Source: Adineta vaga (taxonomy: Eukaryota; Animalia; Rotifera). Taken from it: 64,000 nucleotides of DNA. The notes beneath the pieces are model-generated. The model did no database searches. It had not been told where the DNA came from and saw only the letters and a list, made by a program, of their open reading frames with translations. Below are positions 42,489 to 55,132 of this stretch, one piece after another. Position 1 is the first letter of the stretch. Each line of letters opens with the position of its first letter. The translations under genes were made by a program, and so were the position numbers. The DNA is taken from positions 7,068,001 through 7,132,000 of the forward strand of contig CP075497.1 of NCBI GenBank assembly GCA_021613535.1, given 5' to 3'.

Positions 42489-44429
42489 ATGACGGTTGAT
42501 TGGGAAGACTTGAAAGTAAACAACAAACTTGCATTTTTAGCGTTTCTATTCGACTATATATTGATGTGCTCATAGTATCATTGTGGTTTCGGCAATCATT
42601 TTTCATCCGAAGACCCACGTTGTCCAAATTCATTACCAAAAAATCAAGTAAAAAAATGATATTCGAATTTATAATGTAGTTCTCTGAATGTATGTCATTA
42701 TTTTCTTTTCTAAAAGAATACGCCTCAAATTTGTCCGTATGGTCTTTATGCAGAACAATTATCTGGTACGGCATTTACAGCACCAAGAGAAACAAATGAA
42801 CGGGCGTAAATAATTCGTTTTCATGAGATAACAAATAAATATTCGATTTTGTTTACGTTCTATAGATGGTTCTATCGAATTTTACCAGCTGTTTTACATG
42901 CTCCATTCAGCCTCATAAAATCGGATTTAATTACCAATCAATGGGATAAATCAGAACCAAATCCGAATCAAACTCGATGGAAACCATTCAATATTCCAGC
43001 TATTGAAGATGAAAAGAAAGATTTTATTGATGTAAAATAATGAAAAAGATTTTCGATAAATTATCAAATATATAATATGATTTCGAATAGGGATTAGCAA
43101 CTCTATGTGGAGCAGGTGATCCTTGTTCACGTCATGGTGCTTCTATTTCAATCTATGCTTGCAATAGTTCAATGGAAAATCGAGCTTTTTGTAATGCTGA
43201 TGGAGATTTTTTAATTGGTAAGTGGAAGATTAAATTTTGGCTTCGAGATTTTCCTTTTCTTAGTTCCACAACATGGTGCATTACGTATCACCACTGAATT
43301 CGGTCGAATGTTGGTTAGACCAGAAGAAATCTGTGTCATTCAAGTATTTTCATCAATATTTTTGATTGATAGAAACGAATGAAATCAATTTCTTTTAGCA
43401 AGGTATTCGATTCTCGATTGCTGTTGATCAACCATCACGTGGTTATGTTCTTGAAGTTTTCGATAATCATTTTTGTTTACCAAATTTGGGACCCATTGGT
43501 AAGTATCTTTTATGAATACACTTTAGCAATAGATCATTTCTGTTTTCTAGGTGCGAATGGTTTAGCAAATCCACGCGATTTTGAAACACCAATGGGTGAG
43601 AAGAGAAACATGCGTTAATATCATTTTGTATGATTTTCCGTTTTTAGCTTGGTACGAAGATCGACAATGTGATTTTACTGTTGTTCAAAAATATCAAGGT
43701 AGTTTATTCGAATCAAAACAAGTAAAAAATTTCTTTCGAAATTAATCATTTTCTAACCATACTTTTTCTCTCTAGGATCACTCTTGCTTTGATGTCGTTG
43801 CTTGGCATGGAGATTATGCACCATATAAATATGATTTACGGAAATTTGTTGTTGTTAATTCCGTATCTGTTGATCATCTAGTTTGTTCTTTGATTCATGT
43901 AGAAGAAATTGAATAAAAAAGCGTTTTTCTTCGTTCAGGATCCGTCGATATTTACTGTTTTGACATGTCCTTCATTAAAACCTGGTACTGCTATTGCTGA
44001 TTTTGTTATTTTTCCACCTCGATGGTCTGTACAAGAACATACATTTCGTCCACCATATTATCACCGTTAAGCTCACAGACTTTGCAACGTTCAAAATTCT
44101 TCTAAAGCTTTTATTTTCTAGGTAATTGTATGTCGGAATTTATGGGTCTCATTACTGGTAAATATGAAGCAAAGGAAGGTTTTCAAGCTGGTGGTGCCAC
44201 ACTTCATAGTTGTATGACACCACATGGTCCTGATTCTGATTGTTTTGAAAAAGCAATTACAGATGAATTAAAACCTATGCGTATCGCCGAAGGTTCACTA
44301 GCATTTATGTTCGAATCATCTTTAAGTTTAGTTTTAACCAACTGGAGTATGAAAGCATGTGAACGTGTTGATCATGATTATTTCAAATGTTGGTCAACAT
44401 TACGTAAACATTTTACTGGACCAAAATGA
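42489..44429 (+). CDS. HGD: Homogentisate 1,2-dioxygenase, multi-exon
   Basis: [108 protein letters not shown]. Confidence 0.96.
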
Positions 44430-44491
44430 ACAGAAAAAAAAAAGAAAAAAATATTTATTGATTTTCGAAAAAGAAAAATAAATCGATCGAT

Positions 44492-44888
44492 TTATGATGC
44501 TGTCACATCGGTAATTTTTCGATGTGCCTCATGACATAAATTATCTAAATCACCATCACCACTAAATTGAAGATCACGAATATTACATTCAAAGACTTTT
44601 AAATCATAAACATGAACTTCACAAACATCACGAATTGGAATAGGTTGAGTACTAACTGCATAACCAAGATTTGTTAAAAAAACTAATAAACAAGAGAGTT
44701 TTCAATAAGAAAGTATGTTTATCAAGAAAACGAGAGATTTACGTTCTAGGCCTTTGACACGATCTGGTTTGTGTTGAACACCGTTGAAACTTTTATATGG
44801 ACCATATTTTCTATTTAAAAAAAGAAATTTTCTTTGCTATTAAACGAAAGAAAGAACTAGCATACATTAAAACACGTGTTTGAGCCAT
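44492..44888 (-). CDS. UPF0728 / C10orf53-like small protein (3 exons; not in ORF track)
   Basis: Spliced MAQTRVLIKYGPYKSFNGVQHKPDRVKGLE..FLTNLGYAV..VFECNIRDLQFSGDGDLDNLCHEA matches the family pattern YGPY..V.H...R..GL..F.CNI.DL.F.GDG.LD.LC. Confidence 0.82.
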
Positions 44889-44948
44889 AGTTAAAGCAGA
44901 ACTGTTTGTCTGTCAATCAGACGGCATCCGTAGAAAAATACAATGATA

Positions 44949-44961
44949 GTTGCCAAGAAAC
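44949..44961. promoter_or_regulatory. RFX X-box-like element
   Basis: GTTGCCAAGAAAC, 60 bp upstream of the C10orf53-like ATG. Confidence 0.5.
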
Positions 44962-45503
44962 GAAGGTTGTTTGATGATAAGATCCTTTTTAAAAATACAA
45001 AAATATTCTTCTTTCTAGTTTAAAGTATATTAACAGTAATTGTTCTATACTGTAGAAATAGAAATACATTTTTGGAAGTTTAAATATTATTTATAAAATA
45101 TCGCCATCTACAATTAAAACCATAGTTTCACTCACTGACAAACAACGCGGTTTCAGTGTATAGAAGTGACATTTGAACTTTAAATTTAAAACTAAAATTG
45201 AAGTGCTACCCTAAGACGTGATCTCAAATAGATTACATCTTTTTTTATTGATATATGTGGAAAAAAAGACTATTGATCTTATATTTCGGTCATCTCTAAT
45301 ATAAAAGCTGAGAATTTTTTATACCAGAGTAACAAATGAGATTTTGAAGACATATTTCTTTAATGCGATTAAGAATAATATCTAACGACATCTACGCAAT
45401 ACACGAAATGTAAACTCTAAAAAACAATTCATTTTAACATTGATGATCATTAGACTGTGTAAATAACCGATGTGTCGGGGTAATCTTTTTGTTACAATCT
45501 CGC

Positions 45504-45637
45504 CCCAGGACGGACGTTCCGGTCTCCGGATCCGAAAGGAACCTGCCAGAAATCACGCCTTTCCGAGGATATTCGGGATGGTTCCAGCTAGTTCCAAAAG
45601 GTTCCAACCGGATCCGGCTCGGATTTTTCGACCTGGG
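45504..45637. mobile_element. MITE-like GC-rich element (about 134 bp)
   Basis: Ends CCCAGG...CCTGGG flanked by GC on both sides (possible 2-bp TSD); internal CCGGATCCG palindromes; sharp GC contrast with the flanks. Confidence 0.7.
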
Positions 45638-46963
45638 GCAGTTCTATTTATTTCTACTTTTTGTGAACAAAGGCAGTCGACAGATTCTATGGTATATATA
45701 TCCAGCTGAAACGGCCTGTTAGTTCATTATTATCACGCACAAAATTCAAGTAAGATTATTCTCGAAGAAATTATCGTCTAATTTCATAAAAGCTTCATAA
45801 AGCATTGAAACTAACGATTTCCCATGATTGTTCAACTTCCTTTCCAAGAAACTAATACTTCACATACATATCATTCTTATATGCTATAAACAATTTGAGC
45901 TATAGTTATCAAGCTAAGACCACCTTACATAATGTCTCAGATCATGATCTCATGACGTTGATTTTCAAGTGTAGACCTATAAGTTTGCATATTAGCCATT
46001 GTGTAAATAAAATTCGAAGATGCATTGGAAAAAAATCATCATTTTGTTGCTTTGTAATGAATAACAGATTTCTCCGCTTGTGTCCCCTTTCACAAAAATC
46101 GTGGTTCTCTTTGTACGTAAAAAAGAGTTTTCAATTTCAAATTTCGATTTAAATAGAAAATTTGATATGTTCTTAGTAGTAGTTGCTTTATAAAACCACT
46201 TGCTTTTTTAGTGAAAATAGTTGTATGTAGAAGTCTATTTTATGAACTAATCATGTACAATATTATATACATGTAGAAGTCGAAAAGACGTTTCAATTAT
46301 TCGACTTCTCAACTCGAGTTTTAATTTTATAAGTTTATAAGTTGAAGAAGAAGTTTAATACCCGAATCGAATTAACGATTTTTACACTACTCTCTTTGGT
46401 GTCAATCGCGCTGAAAAACAGAAAACGAGATAGAAACTTCGATTTACAATCGAAATCTACATTCGATTTATTTTGAAACTGCCATAATCACTAAAATTTC
46501 ACAGTGAGAATAAAACAAACTAACGGCAATTAGTGTAAAAATTGTATGACTCATTCAAAGTCATTCGTTGGGTAGTGAGAAATGACCAATACATTTTTTC
46601 CGCCTTGTATCATCAATATGTCAAACAAAAGTTTTAGTAATGAATTCTGATATATTTCGCTAATTGTTAACTAATGCTTTATCGCTTCTAAGCTAACTAT
46701 ATTTGTCGTTTCTTTACAACGTCTTTTTCTTCCTGTTTTCTTTTCTTACAACCCTTGTTTTTTTTTCATACTACTCTTTAACCGTTCTGTTACTGGTTGT
46801 AATGATAGAGGAAACATGGCCGAGTTGATGGAGTGCACGATGATCGAATCGAACTCGTAGTCAACAAATGTTTTTTTTTCTCGTTTTTTAGACAAAATAA
46901 AATTATTGACAAATCTATTTTTTAAATAAATTATCGACTATTATTAATTGTTACGGCTCACAA

Positions 46964-49900
46964 ATGAGCAATAGTAATAATGATATTCATAGAAAAAGTA
47001 CTAGTAGTGTTTTAGAAAAACTTGGTCAAAAAATAACGAACTTTAAAGAAGATATTGCCGATAATATTGAACGTCGTCGACAATCTCATACTAATATTAC
47101 TTCAAATCAAATGTCGCGAACAAACTTGACAGATGATTCATCAATCGGTGAAAGAAAGCCTCCAACACCAACAGAGAATCAACCAGTTCGACTAGGTAAG
47201 AAAAAAATACAGAAAATAAAATTTACATTTGATAAGAAAAGATATCAGTTTACTGTCGTTCTTACACTTGTGAACTTGAAACAAAGATAGAATAAAATTT
47301 TCGATTGTAAATGGAACACGATCATCATCACAACAAACGTATGCTTTACAAGTTATTTTTCTTTATATTTTATCGAGAAATAATTCTCTCAGTCGATAAT
47401 CTAAAACTAATAATGTTGTTTTTCTTTTCTTCTCATTGGAATCATTAGTTGACGATGCTCCACCAGCGGAACATATACATTCTATATCACAGTTGGCTAT
47501 GGGTTTTGGAAAACGGCCAACAAATGATACGTTAACTGCTGCAACTGCTGGAATGGTTCATAGCGATTCAATGCGTTCATTTCAAGATATATTTTCAACA
47601 GAAAGTTCTGAACAAGCAAAAGATATAATTATGAATGGTGTACGACATGAAATGTATCATACGCAAAGTCGAGCAACAAGTGAAAGTGGTTCAGATGAAT
47701 ATGTAATAAATAAAATTGATCCCGTTGATCTAACACCTAAACCAACTGTTGTACGTGTGAATAAAAATGCACGAAAACCAACAATGCTATTAGCAGGACC
47801 AAAATTTCGTTCGAATACAGTGGAACCAGAATTTAATGTCAAACGAGAAACTATTTATCCAGTCTCGGTAAATTTTTTTTGTTTTCCATTTAATATCTAT
47901 ATTTATTTTCTTCTTCGTGTTTGTAATAGTGTGGAGTTGGATTTCTAACAATAATAATTACATTATGGAAACCGATTTCATCATTTTTCAGTGGTTTTTT
48001 TGTTGGATTTATGATTATTGCAGCTATTGCTTATATCTTAACACGTATTTATATTACTGCTAAAGCAGATGAAACCGTAGTACATGAATGGATTGATTTT
48101 CCTGAATTAGAAAAATATCACCAAGTCAAAACACCAAAAGAAGTTAAACAAACTACTCTACATGTAAGAATTTCAATTGATTATTTGAAATAAAAGAGAC
48201 TATTTGTTTTCTTCGATGTAGACATGTGGAGAAATTTTATTTGGTAAATATGATGCTGATCGTGATGATGATTATGTACGTTATCCAGTTGTTCTTCGCT
48301 TGGATAATTATCATCTTACGATTCAATTACCAACAAAAGCGATTGAAGAAGAAAATAAAGATAAAGAAATTCGATTTGTTGGACATCGAGAATATTTTCT
48401 TAAAGGTAATGTATATTCGAATGAGATTAGTATAGTTAATAACGTTGAGATCGATTTTATTTCCGTTTTTTTCTCTTGTAGAAGCTAATATCATGCTTGT
48501 TCCTGAAGCTACAATGACTCGTATTAAATATTGGGTTAATGAATATCCTATAATAATTCAAGATATGAAAATACTCGATAAACAAGTCTACAGTCAAGGC
48601 TACTTACAAAAATCCCAATTTGATACAATTGATTTTTTTGAAAATACTCAAACAGCAATTAGTCTCTTTCTGGAAACTGGTCCTGCTAAAGAAGATTGGT
48701 TTCACAAGTAAATTATTTTCTTTATTTTCGTCTTACTTTAAATCAATTTAAATCATATATATTTAGATTATCACTTGTTTTACGTAAAGGTAAAGAAGAA
48801 ATTGATCGTGCTACGTTAGCAACAATGGGCGCACCATCAGCACCTTCGGTAACTTCGAATGTTACTTCGTCAGCATTAAATATGGTAGCACAAAGCGTTC
48901 CTGATGTTCAAATTCCAGCATTAGGCACACGTGCAGAATATATGCAAACAAATTCAGTTAACCTTGAAGAACGTGTACAAATGAAGGAAGCAGAAACTGT
49001 TGGCCCACCTTATGCTGATACAACAGCAACAAGTAAAGGAGACACTGAAGCTCTTCGTAGTCAAATCAATGAAGCTGATATTCTTAGTGATATGGCTGAC
49101 GCACGTTTAGCTGCACAAGAATTACGTAGTGATACATTGGAAAAAGATAAAGATAAAGATAAAGATAAAAAAACGTCTGACAAAGATGTAGACGCTTCCG
49201 GTTCACATCAAACAGCATCAATGAAAAAGAAACTTCGAAAACAAGAAGAAAATCTCGAACGTTTACTTGAAGCACCGGATTGTCTCGATGAAGCAGCAAT
49301 TACATTAAACTTTATTGCACGTCGATTACTTTGTGATGTATTTGAAGAACCTCTATTTAAAGATTTAATGAAAGAAAAAATTGAATTAAAATTAAAAGAA
49401 ATTGCCGTAAGTCAAAATGAACTCAGTTGGAAATTCGATCTATGAAGTGTATTCATTTTATTTAGGTCACAGTATTAGATGATCTTCATGTTGAAACTAT
49501 TGAATTAGGAAATAGTTTTCCTGTTATATTAAAAGTTGAACCAATGCAATTTAATGCCAAAGGAATTTGGTTTAATTTATTTGTTTTTTATCGAGGAAGT
49601 TTTAAGTAAGCTTTCTTTCTAAATATGTACGTTTTTACATTCTATTTTGTTTTAGAATTACGATCAAAACTCGTCTTGTTCTACAACGACTTCTCAATTA
49701 TAATCCTGTTTATGATCAACCCATGTATGCCCAACATCATTCAGCTCAAAATGTTCATAAAGATGATGAAAAAATTGATGATGATGATCTTCTTCAACGA
49801 CAAAAATTATTAGCGAAAGAACCGGATGTACCAGAAAAGTAAATGATCTTTTGTTGCTTTGTTTTCTTTCATTAAAAAATACATTTATCATTGATAATTT

Positions 49901-50744
49901 AGTGCTGCATCGCGTAAGTTAGGTACATTATTACAAAAAGTGGCTTCTAACAAACATTTTCAACGATTTGCGGCTTTGAAACCAGTTGCTGGTGTTATTG
50001 AAAAATTATCGAATGCTGAAGTTGGTGCAAAAGTTGAATTAACTAATTTTAGTGGTATGATGACTGTAAGTTCAGACTGATTTTGTTAATTAGCTATTTA
50101 TAAAATATTCTCTATTGTCTAATACTTAGATCAACATTCCACCACCACCAAGTGATCGTATATGGTAAATTTTTGTTAAAACTTTAATTTTTCAATATCA
50201 CATTCTTCTTTTTGACATAGGATCGGTTTTCCTGAAATGCCCGATCTTAATCTTAAAGTTACACCCGTATTTGGTGAAAGTAAATATTCGTATACATTAA
50301 TTCATGATTTTCTCGAAGCACGTATTCGTGATGAACTTAAAGTAGGTGTTTATTCTCAATCTCAAACAAAATTCTAATAAATAAATTTTTAGCGTATGGT
50401 TGTACTTCCATCAATGGATGATCAATTAGTACCATTATTTCGAGATTGGGTTATTGATGTTATGTATGTAAACCATATTTATCTTTTTCCGTTAATATGA
50501 AATTATTTGTTCGTTCATTTTCAGTGGTGAAATTGCTTCCAAACCAGCAAATCCATTAGTTGATAGTTATAAAAGTCAAACATCATTCCGCGATAAATTC
50601 CAAGAATACAAAGATCTTAAAGACCTCAATCGTGGTGGATCGGCATCACCACCTGAAAAACCCAAATCAAACAAACGATCATCGGTCCAATCGGATACAA
50701 CTAATATTAGTGAAGAACTTGGCGAAGAAATGACCGAACTTTAA
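46964..50744 (+). CDS. TEX2: TEX2-like ER membrane contact-site lipid transfer protein (TM, PH-like, SMP)
   Basis: Hydrophobic hairpin (~47930-48050); LNFIARRLLCDVF..IELKL; IPPPPSDRIWIGFPEMPDLNLKVTP..LKRMVVLPSMDD is the SMP C-terminus. 5' exon choice uncertain. Confidence 0.82.
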
Positions 50745-51779
50745 ATAAACACAAAGGTTTTATTGTATATATATATACATAATCACGCATCTATACTTAT
50801 CTCCTTTTCTTATATCTTTAATCATGCCTGTTGCATTTCTTTTATTTGAAACAAAAAAAAATAGTTCATTGTATTAAACTGTTAGAGAATGAGTGCAATC
50901 TTCATTAAACTTCGGAAAAAAATAATAACAGCAACATCTTGCTTGATCAAATACTAACGATTTATGATTAAAGTTACATGAAAATTGTCAATAAGTTTCT
51001 CTAAAGCAGATTGTCAAACGTAAATAAAATCTCGTTTCCATTAACATAATGCGGTACTTATGATCAAATTCAAATCTTCAAGTATAAGATTTTCTATGTC
51101 ATCTAAGAGTTTTTTAATATCAAATTTCTTGAAAAAGAACTTTTTGCATTCTTCATCTAAGTAAAAACTAATGACTATAATTTTACTTGTATAACCTTCA
51201 ACGATAAAATACTCAATTTATATCAAATTGTCAATCTGAAGTCACGCAAGAAAATATATGAAATTAGATTAACGATAATTTTTCTTTCTTTTCTGTATAA
51301 TATGAATTTCTAATTGCTTCAACATTTTCTTGTCTTCTCTTTATATAAAACTTTGAAAAGAATTCTTTTTTTTGTCGTACATTGAGTAAATGACACTGTT
51401 TAGTTTCATCGATCATATCGAAATTAATACTTCAGTTATCATGAAAGAAGAGAAAGACATTGATCAAATTAGTACCATTGAAGAAAGATGACAGTCATAT
51501 ATTTCTATTACTATTTGTTCTTCCTGATTTAATCGAGTATTAAATATCGTTTCATATAGAAATAAGTGAACAAATATTTTTATATAGTATATATAATAAA
51601 ACATTGAAGAATAAAATGAGAATCCTTCTTTTTTTTCTCGTTTCTTTTTTATAGGAAGAACAGAATAAATTCTTCATTATATATAGCACATACAATACGT
51701 GCTTGATCACAGAAAATAAAGGTAAAGGTAAGTCAATTCTATATAGATTTCTATATATACTTTATTTTATTCAATAAGA

Positions 51780-52541
51780 ATGTCTCATCGTTTGAAACTT
51801 TCATCTCATAAACATCCTAAACAAGATCACGAATTACATATTATAACCAATCCATTATTTGAAAATCGTTTACGGCATCATCATCAAGATGATGATTATC
51901 AAGCTCCACTAACTTCTCACACACTCTTAAAAACTTCTAAATGGACTATCGTACGAAATAATATACATAAAATTCGAAGTTGGGGTGGCATCAGTACTTC
52001 AAATGTTGCCAAACAACATATTGATTGGTATATGCTTGTTCATACGAGACGAGAATTACGACGTACTAAAGATCAAATTAGACAAATTGAACAATCGAAT
52101 TTTGTTCCTATTCATCGTTTTCGATTACCAACTGATGAACTACGTTATCGACAGTATAATGTATCACATTTACAATCATCTGATAAATTATATCATCCAA
52201 GTTTTGGTACAGAACCTGTTATAATACAATCTTTACTTTATTATTTTTCGAAAGAATGTGCCGTACCATATACAAGTTTATTTCGACCATTTCTCGTCGA
52301 TGTTTGTGAAATTATAGAACATGATCGTGAACGTCTTAAGCGTGCAGCTGTTTTTCGTAAAGTCGCATTGGCTATTGCTATAATTATCTGTATAATTCTT
52401 GCTCTTATGTATTGCTCATTGATAATTAGTGTATTAACAACAACATTGAATTTAAGAGATATGTATAAATATGATCCAGATGGAGGATCTGAATGGCGAG
52501 AATCTAAAACAATTTTGGAAGAAAATGTAAACTTTTTCTAA
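51780..52541 (+). CDS. Orphan protein with C-terminal transmembrane helix, paralog A (253 aa)
   Basis: Intronless ORF preceded by a 5'UTR intron; TM segment VALAIAIIICIILALMYCSLIISVLTT; colinear motifs shared with 54359-55132. Confidence 0.8.
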   Translation: MSHRLKLSSHKHPKQDHELHIITNPLFENRLRHHHQDDDYQAPLTSHTLLKTSKWTIVRNNIHKIRSWGGISTSNVAKQHIDWYMLVHTRRELRRTKDQIRQIEQSNFVPIHRFRLPTDELRYRQYNVSHLQSSDKLYHPSFGTEPVIIQSLLYYFSKECAVPYTSLFRPFLVDVCEIIEHDRERLKRAAVFRKVALAIAIIICIILALMYCSLIISVLTTTLNLRDMYKYDPDGGSEWRESKTILEENVNFF

Positions 52542-54358
52542 TTATAAATAAATTCGTTAAAAACGTGTCGAAGATCAATCATATATATTGCATTCGGTTC
52601 AGATGTGAATATTATGTCCGACATTAATTGAAAGTATATAATTAATGATGACATATTCACAGAACTAGTTCATGATAAAACTGTTATTTAGCGAATGAAG
52701 TACTTAACTGGTTATATTAGTGAATGTTGAATAAAATAAATAAATTTATTTGAAGATTCAAGACGAAGCTATAAAATAATTTGATCGAGTATTTTAATTA
52801 GTCAGATAAGAATATAGTTTGAACAATTTTTCAAAGTTGTATATCCGTAAACGGTTAACGTTAATGAAAGGGATTGATTGCCTCAGTTGAATTCGCTTTT
52901 TTAGTGATTAATGTATTTGCTACGAAGTTTGACAATTATCAAAAATATTTCCTGTTTACATGCGAAACTTTAACGAAAACAGAAGTTTTAGTGATTATCA
53001 ACAATTATTATGATGAAATTTTCATTGAATCATGGGATATATAACATTAACATTACTATGTAAACATACATGTAGATGGGCAAATTAAAATCACAGGTGA
53101 TGTAAAAATGTCTGTTCATGCATGAATGAGTCGAAAAATGAAGATGATTACATACTTATTACAGACACTTGCATGTTTATATCTAACAAGATATTCAAGC
53201 TATTTTTATGTTTATTATCTATATCAATATTGAGTTCTTGATTGTCGGTTATCTATTTCATTCTATCATTAGCTTAAATATATTTAGAATTAATGTAATT
53301 ATTTGACGACTGAATATTGTTTGAAATAAATATTTTGTGAATCGTAAAAAAGATGTTATTGGTTGATTTTCAGCTTCAATTTATTCATAAATGAAGCATA
53401 TATATTTCTGTAACATTCAGATTATTGAAAAAAAAGAGAAAGAAAAAGATTGAAATGAATAATAATATTTTTTTCATTAGAAAATTTCGTTCACATGATC
53501 TTCGACGAAAACAAGACTATTGCAAAGAACAGAACACAACAAAATTAATTGATGGACATCAACTTTTCACATGAAATTTTCAAGCATAATTTTTTTTCAT
53601 AGAGATTTCAGTAAACAATTTATACATTCATAAATAATTTGGTTTCTTTTTCTTTTCTTGTATTGTTTCGTTTTCGTTTGGTCGATTTTCTATGCGCTAG
53701 TTTAAAGTACAGTCATTTTCATCTATTGAATAACTTATTCATACAAAATACTGTCGATACCTTGAATCATTGACACACATGCGGCTTGTTTTAATATTTG
53801 ACAAATTGTATAGTTCGACTTTTTTTCTTCTGTCTTTTTCTCTCTCTCTCTCTTTACCTTTCTTTAATATTATGTATTGACTATCATATAAAACCTTGTC
53901 ATTTTTTACCGTCAACGAACCATTTTTTTTGTATTACTGTACTCAGGTAAGAATGAGAAATAAGTCAAGAGATTAGTTCATATAATTCTTCACACTAATC
54001 ATTAAGTTTCTCTCTTGTTTTCATCCTCCTAACATTATCTATTCGTCTCTTTTCAATCTCAAATCAATAGAGAATACTGACATTTAGTTAATCATTATTC
54101 GATTAGAATTATACAGAAGAAAGAAAGCACAAAAAGTGAGACGATATGTTTAGTTTAGATCTGTTCATATTTTGACAATTAAATAGCTTACAAATCTATA
54201 TAGAAAGAATTTTATATTTATCTATACCCTCAATTCCTTCCCTTTTCTTTCTCCATCTGATTCATACTCAGTAATTGAAGCTTTCAAGGTTCTTGTAAAT
54301 CGTATATATATGTATGTACATATTGACATTTAGGTATACGATTATTAATAAAACTGAA

Positions 54359-55132
54359 ATGGCTCAATCAACTCGTACACGACTTTTACGTGTTCCCAAG
54401 CAAGAACAAGAAATTCATGTTATTACAAATCCATCAGATCGAAATCATAGTTCTGCACAGGGACGTATATCACGTTCATCTTCACGTAAACGTTTAACTA
54501 GCGATGATTATGAAGCACCACTAACTGCAAAGAGTCTTCGTCCAAAATCTCATTGGATAATTGTACGTCGAAATTTACATCGCATACGTTTTATGGGTTA
54601 TAATAGTCGTGCAAGAGATAGTAATCTACCAGGTTTCTATCTTGGTTTACAAATGAAGCGCGAATTAAAACGTGCACAGGAAGAAATTAAAAATATTGAT
54701 AAAGAAGAAAGTTTTCATGCTGTTAAACATTTTGCATTAGCTGTTGATAATAAACGTACGAAAACATATGATACCAGTCATGTTAAACCAGAAGATGCAT
54801 TAATCTATGATCGTCTTGGTGAAGAACCATTAGCTTTACAGAATTTACTTTATTATTTTAGTAAACAAGATGTACCACATGGAACAGTTTTTTGGGATTT
54901 TTTAAATGAAGTTAATCGAGTTTTAAATATGAAACGAAAAAGAACAGTACTCGTCGAAAGACTAAGAAAACTAGCTTTAACATTATCGATTATTTGTTAT
55001 GCTATTATTGGTTTTATGTTTTTCTTGCTGATTGTTAGTGTGATTACAACAGCTACAAAGATGAACGATCCAGAATTGAAATGGTTAGAATCCGAGAGTG
55101 AAAGTTATACGACAAGTTTATTATCATTATGA
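54359..55132 (+). CDS. Orphan protein with C-terminal transmembrane helix, paralog B (257 aa)
   Basis: ATG 54359 after acceptor tttag; shares EIHVITNP, DDYEAPLT, WIIVRRNLHRIR, RELKR, GEEPLALQNLLYYFSK, TM and DP..W.ES with paralog A. Confidence 0.8.
   Translation: MAQSTRTRLLRVPKQEQEIHVITNPSDRNHSSAQGRISRSSSRKRLTSDDYEAPLTAKSLRPKSHWIIVRRNLHRIRFMGYNSRARDSNLPGFYLGLQMKRELKRAQEEIKNIDKEESFHAVKHFALAVDNKRTKTYDTSHVKPEDALIYDRLGEEPLALQNLLYYFSKQDVPHGTVFWDFLNEVNRVLNMKRKRTVLVERLRKLALTLSIICYAIIGFMFFLLIVSVITTATKMNDPELKWLESESESYTTSLLSL

Noticed and set aside
45470-45722. Two overlapping short ORFs
   Set aside because: Produced by the stop-poor GC-rich MITE.
46378-46542. 12-bp inverted repeat ATTTTTACACTA / TAGTGTAAAAAT about 140 bp apart
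   Set aside because: AT-rich, does not extend, no TSD.
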